Assembly (NCBI GenBank): GCA_965215505.1
Contig: OZ244065.1
Location: forward strand, 3,648,001 to 3,712,000
DNA from: Capsulimonadaceae bacterium
GTDB taxonomy: Bacteria > Armatimonadota > Armatimonadia > Armatimonadales > Capsulimonadaceae
DNA length: 64,000 bases
Direction: 5' to 3'
The notes under the pieces are model-generated. The model was given only the letters and a program-made list of their open reading frames with translations. It had not been told where the DNA came from and made no database searches. Below, one piece after another: positions 1 through 9,816 of the stretch (positions are counted from its first letter, which is position 1; each line of letters opens with the position of its first letter). Made by a program: the position numbers and the translations under genes.

Positions 1-846
1 GCCGCCGTAGAGGGCGGGGAGGTCGTCGTCGGCGACGTAGCCCGCCAGCACGATACCCCGCGTGACCTCGGAGGGCAGGGCGGCGAGCTGCCTGTCGGTG
101 TCGTCCAGCCAGCCGCGCTTCCCCGCGATGACCAGCCGGTGCGGCGGCGGCTCGCCGTTCATCTTCAGGCCCAGCTTGACTAGGGCGAAGGCGTCCAGCA
201 GCAGGGCCAGGTTCTTGCGCGGCTGCAAGACGCCCACGGCCAGCAGGTACGGGCGGTCGTCCAGGCCTAATGCCCTGTTCGCCGCCGCCCGCGCCGTTTC
301 CTGCCCGCCCGCCGGGGGGCGGAACCGGGCATCGGCGGCCTCCAGGACCACGCGGACGTTGCCCTTCGGCACCTGCGGGTAGAAGCGCAGGATGTCCCGG
401 CGGGTGCTTTCCGAGACGGCGATGACGCGGGCGGCCTTCCGCATGGAGCGCGGGACCAGGGTTTGCAGTATTCGCCGGTCGCGGGGCAGGAACAGGTCGG
501 GGTGAACACGGAACGACACGTCATGCACCGTCGTGACGACGGGGCAGGGGGCGCCCAGCAGGGGGATGTTGTACTGGGTGTGCGCGACATCGATCCCGTC
601 GGCTTTGAGGGCGCGTGGCCAGCCCGCCACCATCCACAGGGCGTCACTGGAAGGGGCGGGGAGCTGCCGCCAGGAGAAGTTCGGTCCCAGGCCCGGCGGC
701 GAGTCGCCGTCCACGGGCAGCCGCGTGTACAGGACGTACTCGTTCGCGGCGTCTGTGGCGGCAAGGCCCCCGATCAGCCCGCGCCAGTAGGTCCGGTCGC
801 CGGTAAAGCGCCCCGAGAGGGTGCGCGCGTCAATGCCGATTCGCAT
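1..846 (-). CDS. GT4 glycosyltransferase (3' end outside window)
   Basis: Manual translation from ATG 846: MRIGIDARTL...VVTTVHD...VIAVSESTRRD...VGVLQPRKNL...GYVADDDLPALY; open to window edge; absent from ORF track. Confidence 0.9.
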   Translation of the reverse strand, partial: MRIGIDARTLSGRFTGDRTYWRGLIGGLAATDAANEYVLYTRLPVDGDSPPGLGPNFSWRQLPAPSSDALWMVAGWPRALKADGIDVAHTQYNIPLLGAPCPVVTTVHDVSFRVHPDLFLPRDRRILQTLVPRSMRKAARVIAVSESTRRDILRFYPQVPKGNVRVVLEAADARFRPPAGGQETARAAANRALGLDDRPYLLAVGVLQPRKNLALLLDAFALVKLGLKMNGEPPPHRLVIAGKRGWLDDTDRQLAALPSEVTRGIVLAGYVADDDLPALYGG

Positions 847-856
847 GGTGTTGTCC

Positions 857-1196
857 TGAACCCACCCCGGCGCGAGCGCCGACCCTCCCGAAACGGGAGG
901 GTCGGGTGAGAAGGTGGTCGGTCGGTTTACCGGGATGAGTGGGGGGCCGGGGGGTCAAGTTCGCCGCCCTTGCCGTTGTCGCCGCCCTTGCCGTTGTCGC
1001 CGCCCTTGCCGTTGTCGCCGCCCTTGCCGTTGTCGCCGCCCTGTCCGTGCCGCCGCCCTGTCCGTGCCGCCGCCCTGTCCGTGCCGCCGCTCTATTAACA
1101 GTACCACTGTCCAATCATCCCGCTAGACCCCCCGACCACCCTCCCAGTCCACCCTCCCGTTTCGGGAGGGTCGCGACTTGTCGCGGGGTGGGTTCA
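857..1196. repeat. Inverted REP-like pair enclosing tandem repeats
   Basis: 857-921 and 1132-1196 are imperfect inverted copies (ACCCTCCCGAAACGGGAGGGT hairpin); inside, 18-mer GCCGCCCTTGCCGTTGTC x4 then 17-mer GCCGCCCTGTCCGTGCC x3. Confidence 0.85.
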
Positions 1197-2204
1197 CCCG
1201 TACCGCGCGCGCACATAGAGGTTGTAGGCGGCGCGCGCCCAGCCGCGCTTGTTGATCCATTCGCGCGCCCGCATCCCCCGCCCCGCCGCGAACCCTTGCC
1301 CCCGGTCCATCCCCAGGCCGGGCGGCATCCGGGCGGCGACGGCCGCGATGGCTTCCAGGGCATCCGGCTCGACGCGCCGGTCCTGCCGGGTCGCCCGCGT
1401 CAGGGCCAGGGTCCAGAGTGACCGCCGCCATCCGTCGAAGTAGGCGGGCGCATGGGCGGCATAGGCCTGGGCGAAGTCCGGGTCGCGGGCGGCGAGGTCT
1501 TCCAGGAAGGCGGCATACGGAGGCATGGCGGTCAGCCACGACTGCCAGCCCGTCCCGCCGCTCGCGCTGGCCGGGTGCAGGCGGCAGGAGAAGCAGCGTT
1601 CGGGCGCGGTCGCCTTGTACGAACCCTCCATCAGAGCCATCCACAGGGCGTCGTCGGCGAACAGCAGCTTTTCGAATGGCCGGATGCCCCCCACCGCCCG
1701 GTAGCGGGCGGAGGGCATTAGGTAGCCCGTGCCGTAGGTGTCGCGTTTGCCGGTGAACAGGGCGGCCAGGTACTCGGCGGCCGTCTCGCGGGCGGGCAGC
1801 GGGCGGCAGGGGCGGGTCGCCTTGCCGCGCGCGTTGATGAACCGGAAGTGGGTGTGGTACAGGCCCGCGTCGGGATGCGCCCGCGTCAGGGCGTCCATGA
1901 CGGCGAGGTAGTCCGGGTCCAGCAGGTCGTCCTGGCCGATGATGGTCATGAACTCGCCCTTGGGCAGGGTGAGCGCCCGCCCCCAGTTCCCCTCAATGCC
2001 CAGGTGGACGGGCGTCGGGAAGAGCATCAGGCGCGGCTCGCCCAATGCCCGCAGCCACTCCAGAGACCCGTCCGTGCTGCCGTCGTCCAGGACGGCCAGG
2101 GCGAAGCCCCGGTAGGTCTGTGCCTGGATGCTGGCGATGCACTGCTTGAGGAAGTCGCCGCCGTTATAGGAGGGGACGATGAGCGTGAACTTGAGGTCGG
2201 CCAC
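1194..2204 (-). CDS. GT2 glycosyltransferase
   Basis: IVPSYN, DDGSTDGS, QDD motifs. Confidence 0.9.
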   Translation of the reverse strand: MADLKFTLIVPSYNGGDFLKQCIASIQAQTYRGFALAVLDDGSTDGSLEWLRALGEPRLMLFPTPVHLGIEGNWGRALTLPKGEFMTIIGQDDLLDPDYLAVMDALTRAHPDAGLYHTHFRFINARGKATRPCRPLPARETAAEYLAALFTGKRDTYGTGYLMPSARYRAVGGIRPFEKLLFADDALWMALMEGSYKATAPERCFSCRLHPASASGGTGWQSWLTAMPPYAAFLEDLAARDPDFAQAYAAHAPAYFDGWRRSLWTLALTRATRQDRRVEPDALEAIAAVAARMPPGLGMDRGQGFAAGRGMRAREWINKRGWARAAYNLYVRARYG

Positions 2205-2216
2205 GGGCGTCTTTCT

Positions 2217-3635
2217 CTAAGTGCGGGGCTGCTCCGAGGCCGACGCGGGGCCGGTGCTGGCCCGCACGACCAGTTCGGTGGGGACGGTCAGCCGGCAGTC
2301 GGCGGCGCTCGCGCCGCCGATCAGCGCGATCAGGCGTTCCCCGCCGAGCTGGGCGATCCGCCGGAAGGGCTGGCGGATCGTGGTCAGGCCGCCGCAGACA
2401 CGTTTGGCGAAGCCGGCGTCGTTGAAGCCGGTCACGGAGATGTCCTCGGGCACGCGCAGGCCGTGACGGGCGATGGTCCGGGCGGCGTAGTCGGCGTAGC
2501 CGTCGTCGGAGGCGATCAGGGCCGTGGGCCGCTCGGGCAAGGCCAGCCACCGCCCCAGCGTGGCCTCGTAGGCCGGCCAGTCCCAGACGGCTTCGGCTTC
2601 GGCGTACTCTAAAGCCTCGCCGGCCAGGCCCGCGTCCGCCATGGCCTGGCGAAAGCCGTCGCGCCGGTCCCGGTAGTTCGAGGTGTGGGCGGGGCCGAGG
2701 TAGCCGATGCGCCGGTGGCCGAGGGCAGTCAGGTGGGCGACGAGCAGATGCATCGCGCCGAGGTTGTCGGCGTTGACCCAGCCGATGCCCGGCGGGACAT
2801 GGCGCGTCAGCAGCGCGACCACGGGCAGGCCCGCCGCGGCCAGCCGCTCCAGGATCGGCTCGTGCATCCACGGGGCCACCCAGAGCAGGCCGTCCACATG
2901 GCCGTTAAGGAAGTTCAGCCCGGAGTAGCGGTGCGCGCGCCCCGGCCAGCCCGTGTAGAGCAGGATCTCGTGTTCGGCGACATCGGCGGCGTCGTTGACC
3001 CCCTGGAGCAGCGGGGCGGAGAGGGAGCTGTCGGTCTCCAGGTCGCCCAGCCCGAAGGTCAGCACGCCCAGGATGCCGGTGCGTCGCTGGCGGATGGCGC
3101 GGACGAAGAAGTTCGGGGTGAAAGACAGCGCCTCGATGGCCGCCCGGATGCGCTCGCCGGTCGCCGCGCTCATGCGCCCCTGCTGGTTGAGGAAGTTCGA
3201 GACCGTGGAGGTGGACACGCCGGCCCGTTCCGCCACGTCGTGGATCGTCGGGCGACGCCGGGCGGGCGCGGCCGGTGGGGCGGGCCGGTCCAAGGCGGGC
3301 ATGGCCGGCGGGGCGGGCACGGCCTCCGGGGCCTGCGCGGTTTCCGGGGAACGCCGCACCCAGTTGGCGACGCTGCGGGTCGGGACGCCCAAGCGAATCC
3401 CGATCTCTTTGGCCGTCAGCCCCTCCGCGCGCAGCCGCCGCGCCTGGAGCCGCAGGTCGTCGGGGTAACCGCGCGGGCGCGGGGCGGGGGTGTAGCGCCG
3501 CCCGCAGTGGCCGCACTTGTAGCGCTGGCTGTCCCCGTTCATCCCGGCCCGGACCTGCCGGTCCGCCCGCCGGCAGTGCGGGCAGGCGATCATCGGCTCC
3601 ATCAATTCCATCAGTTTTCCTTCCGCCGCACTCAC
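2217..3635 (-). CDS. LacI-family regulator with N-terminal IS1 InsA-like zinc ribbon + HTH
   Basis: CPHC..YKCGHC, then HTH ending VANWVRR, Pro/Ala linker, TIHDVAERAGVSTSTVS LacI HTH, VPEDISVTGFND, LTTIRQP, LVVRAST; GGAG RBS before GTG. Confidence 0.9.
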   Translation of the reverse strand: MSAAEGKLMELMEPMIACPHCRRADRQVRAGMNGDSQRYKCGHCGRRYTPAPRPRGYPDDLRLQARRLRAEGLTAKEIGIRLGVPTRSVANWVRRSPETAQAPEAVPAPPAMPALDRPAPPAAPARRRPTIHDVAERAGVSTSTVSNFLNQQGRMSAATGERIRAAIEALSFTPNFFVRAIRQRRTGILGVLTFGLGDLETDSSLSAPLLQGVNDAADVAEHEILLYTGWPGRAHRYSGLNFLNGHVDGLLWVAPWMHEPILERLAAAGLPVVALLTRHVPPGIGWVNADNLGAMHLLVAHLTALGHRRIGYLGPAHTSNYRDRRDGFRQAMADAGLAGEALEYAEAEAVWDWPAYEATLGRWLALPERPTALIASDDGYADYAARTIARHGLRVPEDISVTGFNDAGFAKRVCGGLTTIRQPFRRIAQLGGERLIALIGGASAADCRLTVPTELVVRASTGPASASEQPRT

Positions 3636-3701
3636 CGGACCGTCTCCACTTGATTTCCCTTTGTACCGTTAGTATGTCCTAAACACTGCATTAATGCAAG
3701 C

Positions 3702-3943
3702 CCCGGATTGGACGGCCGGTCTAGGGTTTTTTAGGGTACTCCCGGCTTCGCCGGTGGGCCGCCCGCTTCGGGGCTTCGGACATGGCAGGGCAGAGGGCGT
3801 AGCAAGCGACGCCCCTACGAAGCCCGAACGACGCCGCCCGGCAGCAATATCCGAACGATGCTCTCCGAAGCCCCGAAGGGGCGGCCCACCGGCGAAGCCG
3901 GGAATACCCCAATGAAACCCTAGACCGGCCCTTCAGAGCCGGG
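3702..3943. repeat. REPIN-like inverted element
   Basis: CCCGGCTTCGCCGGTGGGCCGCCC..TTCGGGGCTTCGGA arm and its reverse complement; arm recurs near 9847, 10115 and 45095. Confidence 0.8.
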
Positions 3944-4016
3944 TTCCTACTTTTCCGTGCGGAGAGGCAGGGCAAACGGGAGCCAAAAATAGTTTTCGGA
4001 ATTACACGGATTCCTG

Positions 4017-4077
4017 TTGACACCTTGGACAAACCGTGATATGATACGGGTGTGACTTGATAGAACGGTTCTATCAA
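4017..4077 (+). promoter_or_regulatory. sigma70 promoter with lacO-like operator
   Basis: TTGACA(4017)-N17-TATGAT(4040) with extended TG; perfect palindrome TTGATAGAAC-G-GTTCTATCAA at 4057-4077, just after the expected start site; divergent from LacI gene. Confidence 0.8.
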
Positions 4078-4245
4078 TCGGTCAAGCCGAGGAGTTATAG
4101 AGTAATCGCGACAAAGGCAACATAGACTTCTCCTTCGCCGGGCAGACGTTCGGCGTAGGACCGTTATGGATTTAATCGCTACAATCGCCATACACTGCGC
4201 CGGGCAAGCCCTGAAGAGGGACGCCCGAAGAGAAGGATACGCTCG

Positions 4246-4482
4246 ATGATGACGCGACTCCATTCATTCGCCCGGTCACTCGCCCGGACGGCGGCGAACC
4301 TGATGCTGCCTGCCTTCCTAGCCTGCCTCCTCCTCACGCCCGCCGCCCGCGCGGGCACCTGGAACCAGTCCATCTACGGCGGCGATGTGATTGTCCGGCA
4401 CGAACTGGACTCGTCCAACAACTACGCCTCCATCCTGTTCATGAGCGGCCTCTACTGGTCCAACGGGTGGCCCACTTACTAG
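4246..4482 (+). CDS. Small secreted protein (78 aa)
   Basis: AAGGA RBS; signal peptide ending AARA; GC3-rich codons in the mature part. Confidence 0.6.
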   Translation: MMTRLHSFARSLARTAANLMLPAFLACLLLTPAARAGTWNQSIYGGDVIVRHELDSSNNYASILFMSGLYWSNGWPTY

Positions 4483-4675
4483 CCGTTCTGCCAAGCGTGT
4501 GGGCGCAGCCGCGCCCATGCTATTGCTAGGATTGCAGCACAGATGTCGGGGCACGGCCCCGATGAACGCGGGGGCGGTCAATGGCGGCGTCCCCCGCACC
4601 CTCCCGCAGCAAGCCGCCACTTGCGGAAAAAGGAAACACGCGATGAAACGGAACATCTCGATGAAGAGGAGTCTG

Positions 4676-5440
4676 ATGACGACGCGGCTCCGCTCCCTGG
4701 CCGCGACCGCCGCGGCCGTGACGGTCGGCCTGGGCCTGCTGGCCGCGCTGGCCCCCTCCGCGCAGGCCCAGGAGAAGAACTTCGGCAAGCAGTGGGCCTG
4801 GAACAACGACTTCAACGGCGGCCACATCAATGCCAGCTTCGGCAATGATGCCTGGCCGACCGAGAGCATCAACTACAACCTCGGCACCGGCAACCTGTAC
4901 GGCTACCCGGCCTGCTGCCTGGGCTGGCACTACGGCTACAACCCGACCGGCGACCGCACGTTCCCCAAGCAGCTCTCCCAGACCAAGGGCGTCCCGTGCA
5001 ACTTCTCCTATTCCTCCTACGGCTCCAACATGCACGGCGACTTCGCCTACGACATGTTCCTGCGCTTCGACAATCAGACCAGCAGCCCGCAGCTCGAGGT
5101 GATGGTCTGGGGCGGCAACAACTCCTACCCCATCGGGACCCGGACCGCCTCCAACGTCCTCAACGCGGGCGGCATCGAGTTCGACCTGTGGGAAGGCAAC
5201 AACAGCGGGGCGGGCTACTACGTCTACACCTTCTGCCCCCACAACACCGGCGGCGGCGCGAGCCTGCCGACGAGCGGCAGCGTGAACGTGGACCAGAAGG
5301 TCTTCTTCAACTGGCTCGCCAGCAACCGGAGCGGCAGCCACTTCAACAACAGCATGTACCTGGACGTCGTCGAGGCGGGCCTGGAGGTGGAGGGCGGCAA
5401 CGGCGGCGCGTGGATCGGCGCGAACATGAGCGCCTACTAA
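4676..5440 (+). CDS. Secreted GH12 endoglucanase-like hydrolase
   Basis: GAGGAG RBS; signal peptide (AQA); YPA..GWHYG, AYDMF, LEVMVW, EAGLEV motifs; alternative start 4643. Confidence 0.85.
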   Translation: MTTRLRSLAATAAAVTVGLGLLAALAPSAQAQEKNFGKQWAWNNDFNGGHINASFGNDAWPTESINYNLGTGNLYGYPACCLGWHYGYNPTGDRTFPKQLSQTKGVPCNFSYSSYGSNMHGDFAYDMFLRFDNQTSSPQLEVMVWGGNNSYPIGTRTASNVLNAGGIEFDLWEGNNSGAGYYVYTFCPHNTGGGASLPTSGSVNVDQKVFFNWLASNRSGSHFNNSMYLDVVEAGLEVEGGNGGAWIGANMSAY

Positions 5441-5452
5441 AAGGCCAGCACT

Positions 5453-5479
5453 GCCCCCGGCCCTTCAGGGCCGGGGGCG
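5453..5479 (+). other. Intercistronic GC stem-loop
   Basis: GCCCCCGGCCCT-TC-AGGGCCGGGGGC between the two hydrolase genes. Confidence 0.55.
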
Positions 5480-5497
5480 TTTCCAATGGAGGACACC

Positions 5498-6940
5498 ATG
5501 AAGTTCATTCTCCGCATCGCAGCCCTGATATTTGTTCTAGGCACCGCAGGCACCCCGGCGAAGGCCCAGTTCCTGCCCGTCTACGGGGCCAACGCCTTCA
5601 TCAAGGGCGCGAACCTGCCCTGGCTCGACGGCCACTACTCGTACTACCTGGGGATCGACCCGCACAACCCCTCCTACGGCGTCGCCTACAACTCGTCCAG
5701 CATGAACCAGCACCTCGCCGACATGCACGCCATGGGGATCAACGTCGTCCGCCTCTGGGTCAACACGAACGACCAGGGCTGCACCATTGACGGGAGCGGC
5801 AACACGACCGGCGTGACGGCGACCTTCTGGACTAATCTTGACGACACCGTCCGGCTCGCCGGCAACAACGGCATCGCCCTCTATATCACCTTGAACGGCG
5901 GCCGGTCCGACTTCCTCTACACGCCTTCCATGGCGAGCGCCTACATCAACAACGCCCTGAAGCCGATGGTCCAGCGCTACAAGGGCGACGAGCGCGTCTT
6001 CGCCATCGACGCCATGAACGAGCTTGATGGCGTGGTGGGCGGCAGCGACGGCAACTACGGCACGGGCCCTAGCTGGGCGCAGGCGCAGGCGTACATCCGG
6101 AGCATCGTCTCGGCCGTCCACGGCGTGGACCCCGGCCGGCTCGTCTCCTGCTCGACGGGCTGGCACTCCTGGAACAACCTCGGCTACTTCAAGGGGCTGG
6201 GCCTGGACTTCTACGACTTCCACCTCTACGCCGACAACGGCTACATCCCCTCGGCGTCGTCCCTGGGCATGGACAAGCCGATCTATGTCGGCGAAACAGG
6301 CCAGCTCACCAACTCCTGGAGCGACAGCCTCCAGAACACCGAAATGGCGAACATCCTCGGCAACGCCCGGAGCGGGTACGCCGGGGTGGGCATCTGGGCC
6401 TATCAGTATGCGGGCAGCACGGACAAGTACAGCATGCTCAACTCCAACGGGAGCTGGCGTCCGGTCTGTACCACCATCAAGAACTTCAACCCCGGCGGCG
6501 GGGGTGGGGGCGGTGTGGGCGGCCCGATCGCGAACGGGACGTACCGGCTCCAGAACCGCGCCGACGGCGAGATGCTCGACAACCTGGGCGCGACGGCCGA
6601 CGGCGCTTCGGTCTCGCAGTGGGCGGGAGGCACCAGCAGCAACCAGAAATGGACGCTCACCTACAGCGGCGGCTACTATAAGATCACCTGCGGGACCGGC
6701 GGCAAGTGCCTGGACACGCTGGGCAACACGGCGGACGGCTCCACGGTGGGGCAGTACAGCAGCAGCGGCAGCTATAACCAGCAGTGGACGATCACGACGA
6801 CCGATTCGGGGTATTTCAAGATCACCAACCGGGCGACGGGCAAGTGCCTGGACACGGGCGGCCTGACCGGCAACGGGACGGCCCCGATCCAGCAGTGGGG
6901 CAGCAGCGGCAGCTACAACCAGCAGTGGAGGACGCAGTAG
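5498..6940 (+). CDS. Secreted GH5-like hydrolase with C-terminal ricin-B (CBM13-like) domain
   Basis: GGAGG RBS; GANLPW, AMNE (acid/base), YDFHLY, VGETG (nucleophile); Gly linker; three NQxW repeats. Confidence 0.85.
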   Translation: MKFILRIAALIFVLGTAGTPAKAQFLPVYGANAFIKGANLPWLDGHYSYYLGIDPHNPSYGVAYNSSSMNQHLADMHAMGINVVRLWVNTNDQGCTIDGSGNTTGVTATFWTNLDDTVRLAGNNGIALYITLNGGRSDFLYTPSMASAYINNALKPMVQRYKGDERVFAIDAMNELDGVVGGSDGNYGTGPSWAQAQAYIRSIVSAVHGVDPGRLVSCSTGWHSWNNLGYFKGLGLDFYDFHLYADNGYIPSASSLGMDKPIYVGETGQLTNSWSDSLQNTEMANILGNARSGYAGVGIWAYQYAGSTDKYSMLNSNGSWRPVCTTIKNFNPGGGGGGGVGGPIANGTYRLQNRADGEMLDNLGATADGASVSQWAGGTSSNQKWTLTYSGGYYKITCGTGGKCLDTLGNTADGSTVGQYSSSGSYNQQWTITTTDSGYFKITNRATGKCLDTGGLTGNGTAPIQQWGSSGSYNQQWRTQ

Positions 6941-6951
6941 ACCTTTCGCCC

Positions 6952-7146
6952 GCGTGGGACCCGGTCATGAATGGCCGGGCTACTGTGGAATGGAAGTCGC
7001 TCCGCGACCGAGGACAAGGCAGGAGGGGGCGCGGCAAGAGGGCGCGGCAAGCAGCGCCCCTACGACGGTCAGCCCCTCTTCAATCCGCAACCCCGGCGGG
7101 GTTTTCACTCAACAGTAGCCCGGCCATTCATGGCCGGGTCCCACGC
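6952..7146. repeat. REPIN-like element (GTAG-REP family)
   Basis: Terminal inverted GTAGCCCGGCCATTCATGGCCGGG units; internal CGCCCCTAC. Confidence 0.85.
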
Positions 7147-7216
7147 AGCCCTAATTAATGCGCCGGAGCCTTCCCCTTTCCCTGCCCGGCGCGCGGGCTG
7201 GTATAATCCCTGCACG

Positions 7217-8377
7217 ATGCCCAAGACCACGGACAAGACCAAAGATAAGATCAAGGTCCTCCTGCTGCTGCACGACCTGTCGCCGACCGGGGCACCCAAG
7301 CTCGCCGTGTCGGCGTTCGAGCGGTTCACCGACCAGGTGGAGCTGCGGACGATCACCTACCACGGCGGGCCGTTGCGGGACCGCATCCGCGCCCTGGGGC
7401 CGGTGCAGACATTGGTGAGCTTCCAGTGGCCGGGGGGCATCCCCACCCCGCGCGCCCTGCTGCTGTTCCTGTGGCACCGCTCCCTGAGCGTCGGCAAGGC
7501 CCGCGCCTGGTCGCAGGCGGTCCGGCGCTGGAAGCCGGATGTGGTGTATGTCAACAGCGTCGCGGGCCTGCTGGCCGCCAAGCGCCTTTCCCTACCGCCC
7601 GCGCCGGTCCTGCTGCATGTGCATGAGCTGGACAGCTTCCTGCACCCGATGGCACGGGACGCTCCCGAACTCCTCCTGAAACTGCCGGGCCGCTACGTCG
7701 CCGTCTCGCAGGCCGTCGCGGACGCCCTGACCGGGCGCTACGGCGTGGAGGCGAGCAAAGTGGCCGTCGTCCCGGCCTTCGTCGAGGCGTTCCCGCTGCC
7801 GGCCCCGATTCCGAGCGGCGACGGGCGGCTGGTCGTCGGCGGGGCGGGCGTCATGAGCTGGGTCAAGGGGGTGCCGCTCTGGCTGCTGATGGCCGCCGAG
7901 GTCAAGAAGCGGCTCGGCGCGGGCCGCGTCCGGTTCGTCTGGGTGGGCATGGTGGAGGACGAGGAGGGCTGGCGCTTCCGGGAGATGGCGCGCAAACTCC
8001 ATCTGACGGACGACATCGCGCTGGTGCCGTTCACGTCCCGCCCGCTGGACCATTACGCGGGCTTCGACGTCTTCGCGCTGACCTCGTGGGAGGAGACGGC
8101 CTCGCTGGCGGCCCTGGAAAACATGCTGCTCCAGAAGGCCGTCGTCTGCTTCGCCGGCGCGGGCGGCCCGCCCGAGTTCGTGGGCGCGGCGGGCATCGTG
8201 ATCGGGGAGTTCTCGCCGACGGACATGGCGGCGGCTGTCGTGGGTCTGGCCGAAGACCCCGCCCGGCGCGTGGCCCTCGGGGAAGCGGCCCGGCGGCGCG
8301 TCCTGGACAATTTCACGGCGGAGCGGCAGGCCCCGCGCCTGCTGGACGAGATCCGGCGGGTGGCGGGGCGCGGGTGA
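7217..8377 (+). CDS. GT4 glycosyltransferase
   Basis: GAPKLA, LHVHE, VAVSQAV, DVFALTSWEE..LE motifs; upstream ORF extension lies in a REP. Confidence 0.9.
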   Translation: MPKTTDKTKDKIKVLLLLHDLSPTGAPKLAVSAFERFTDQVELRTITYHGGPLRDRIRALGPVQTLVSFQWPGGIPTPRALLLFLWHRSLSVGKARAWSQAVRRWKPDVVYVNSVAGLLAAKRLSLPPAPVLLHVHELDSFLHPMARDAPELLLKLPGRYVAVSQAVADALTGRYGVEASKVAVVPAFVEAFPLPAPIPSGDGRLVVGGAGVMSWVKGVPLWLLMAAEVKKRLGAGRVRFVWVGMVEDEEGWRFREMARKLHLTDDIALVPFTSRPLDHYAGFDVFALTSWEETASLAALENMLLQKAVVCFAGAGGPPEFVGAAGIVIGEFSPTDMAAAVVGLAEDPARRVALGEAARRRVLDNFTAERQAPRLLDEIRRVAGRG

Positions 8378-8396
8378 GAGGGCGGGGGGTCCCGGA

Positions 8397-8572
8397 GGGA
8401 CCCGGCCATGAATGGCCGGGCTACTGTTGAGTGGAAACCCCTCCGGGGTTGAAGACCGTAGGGGCGCTGCTTGCCGCGGCCTCCTGATCCTGCCGCGGCC
8501 TCCTGATCCTGCCGCGGCCTCAGTCGCGGAGCGACTTTCATGTAAGAGTAGCCGGCCATTTATGGCCGGGAC
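8397..8572. repeat. REPIN-like element (GTAG-REP family)
   Basis: CCCGGCCATGAATGGCCGGGCTAC ... GTAGCCGGCCATTTATGGCCGGG; shares AGTCGCGGAGCGACTTTCA with the copy at ~52380. Confidence 0.85.
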
Positions 8573-8603
8573 ACGCCTGCGCCGGATCCCCCTAGCGTCC
8601 CTC

Positions 8604-9722
8604 CTACCGCGAGGACACCTGCGGCGTCCCGCACATCTTCCGGTACAAAGCGGTGATGCGGGCGATGTAGCGGCGCGTCTCGCGGTAGGGCGGGACGCCG
8701 TGGTATTTGCGGACCGCGCCCGGCCCGGCGTTGTAGGCGGCCATGGTCAGCGCGATCTGGTCGAAGGGGATGACGCCGCCGTTCGCCGGGGCACCGCCGT
8801 ACTTGTCCAGATGCCCGCGCAGCAGATGCACGGCGGCCCCGATGTTCTGGACGGGGTCGTAGGCGTTGGTGACGCCCAGCCCGCGCGCCTCCTCGGGCAT
8901 GATCTGGGCCAGGCCCATCGCGCCGGCCCGCGAGGTGGAATAGATGTCGAAGTCGGACTCGGCGATGATGCAGCAGACGACCAGGCGCGGGTCCACGTTG
9001 TTGATGTCGCTGAAATACAGCACGCTCGTCGTGATCTTGTCCACTTCGGCCTCGGACAGACGCCGGTTCCAGTGCCGGACCAGGCTCCGGTAGGGGGCGT
9101 AGATCGCCAGGGCGCGCGGCGACAGGGCACCGGCGGGGTGGCCGGTGTAATCGGAGGAGGCGTAAGAACGCCCGGCAGAAGAGGACCGCCCGGCGGGCTG
9201 GTCGGCGCTGACGAACGGCAGCGACCGGGCCAGGGCCGCCTGGTGGATGGCCTCCGCCCGCAGCGCCGTCTTCTCCGCGCCCGCCACGTCCCCCTCGGGG
9301 GCCAGCGCGACCAGGCGCAGGCCGGAGGGCAGGCTGCCGTCGTCGGGCGTCGCCACCAGCAGCGCGCGCGCCCGCAGGCCGGTGTCAAGCCACGAGGCGG
9401 CGCGCAGGCCGGCCGGGAGCGGCACATACACCGAATCATCGCCGACCATCAGCAGCGCGGTCCGCTCAGCCCCCGACGACACCAGCCCGCTGACCATCAC
9501 GCTGATCTCCACGGCCCGCCCCGCATACCCGCCGGGACGCCGCGCGGCCTCCACCCCCGCCGCCCCGGTCAGGAGCGGGCCGGAGAGCCGGGCGCGGGCC
9601 GCGAAGAAGGCCGAGGCAGGATCGGCTCCCGCCCGGCCCGCGAGAAACAGCAGGGCGAGGGCGAACAGCGCGAGTGTTGGGAGGCTCACCGGGGAGACTC
9701 GGGAAGAGGGTTTAATGGACAC
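8604..9722 (-). CDS. Secreted lytic transglycosylase (SLT domain)
   Basis: AESDF, GAMGLAQIMP, AAYNAGPGAV, PPYRETRRY; signal peptide. Confidence 0.92.
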   Translation of the reverse strand: MSIKPSSRVSPVSLPTLALFALALLFLAGRAGADPASAFFAARARLSGPLLTGAAGVEAARRPGGYAGRAVEISVMVSGLVSSGAERTALLMVGDDSVYVPLPAGLRAASWLDTGLRARALLVATPDDGSLPSGLRLVALAPEGDVAGAEKTALRAEAIHQAALARSLPFVSADQPAGRSSSAGRSYASSDYTGHPAGALSPRALAIYAPYRSLVRHWNRRLSEAEVDKITTSVLYFSDINNVDPRLVVCCIIAESDFDIYSTSRAGAMGLAQIMPEEARGLGVTNAYDPVQNIGAAVHLLRGHLDKYGGAPANGGVIPFDQIALTMAAYNAGPGAVRKYHGVPPYRETRRYIARITALYRKMCGTPQVSSR

Positions 9723-9728
9723 GCCTGT

Positions 9729-9757
9729 ATCTTATCACAGGTGGCGGCGGGTGTCAA
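9729..9757 (-). promoter_or_regulatory. sigma70 promoter, probably leaderless transcript
   Basis: TTGACA-N17-TAAGAT-N6-GTG start, no SD. Confidence 0.7.
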
Positions 9758-9816
9758 GGTTGGGGGGAAGGAATCTGGGGCGATCCGCGCATCGTCGCCG
9801 GGGCGTCCGGCGCGGG

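Noticed and set aside
963-1090. Possible CRISPR array (also 26493-26606)
   Set aside because: Units are head-to-tail with no unique spacers; no cas genes
3360-3600. Intact IS1 element
   Set aside because: No InsB/DDE region, frameshift signal or terminal IRs; the module is fused to LacI
3965-4015. c-di-GMP-I riboswitch (GGGCAAAC)
   Set aside because: No P2 stem or GACGCAAAGC segment; lies upstream of the -35 box
6971-7216. N-terminal ORF extensions such as MAGLL... (also 8412, 18984, 52418)
   Set aside because: They are translations of REP elements
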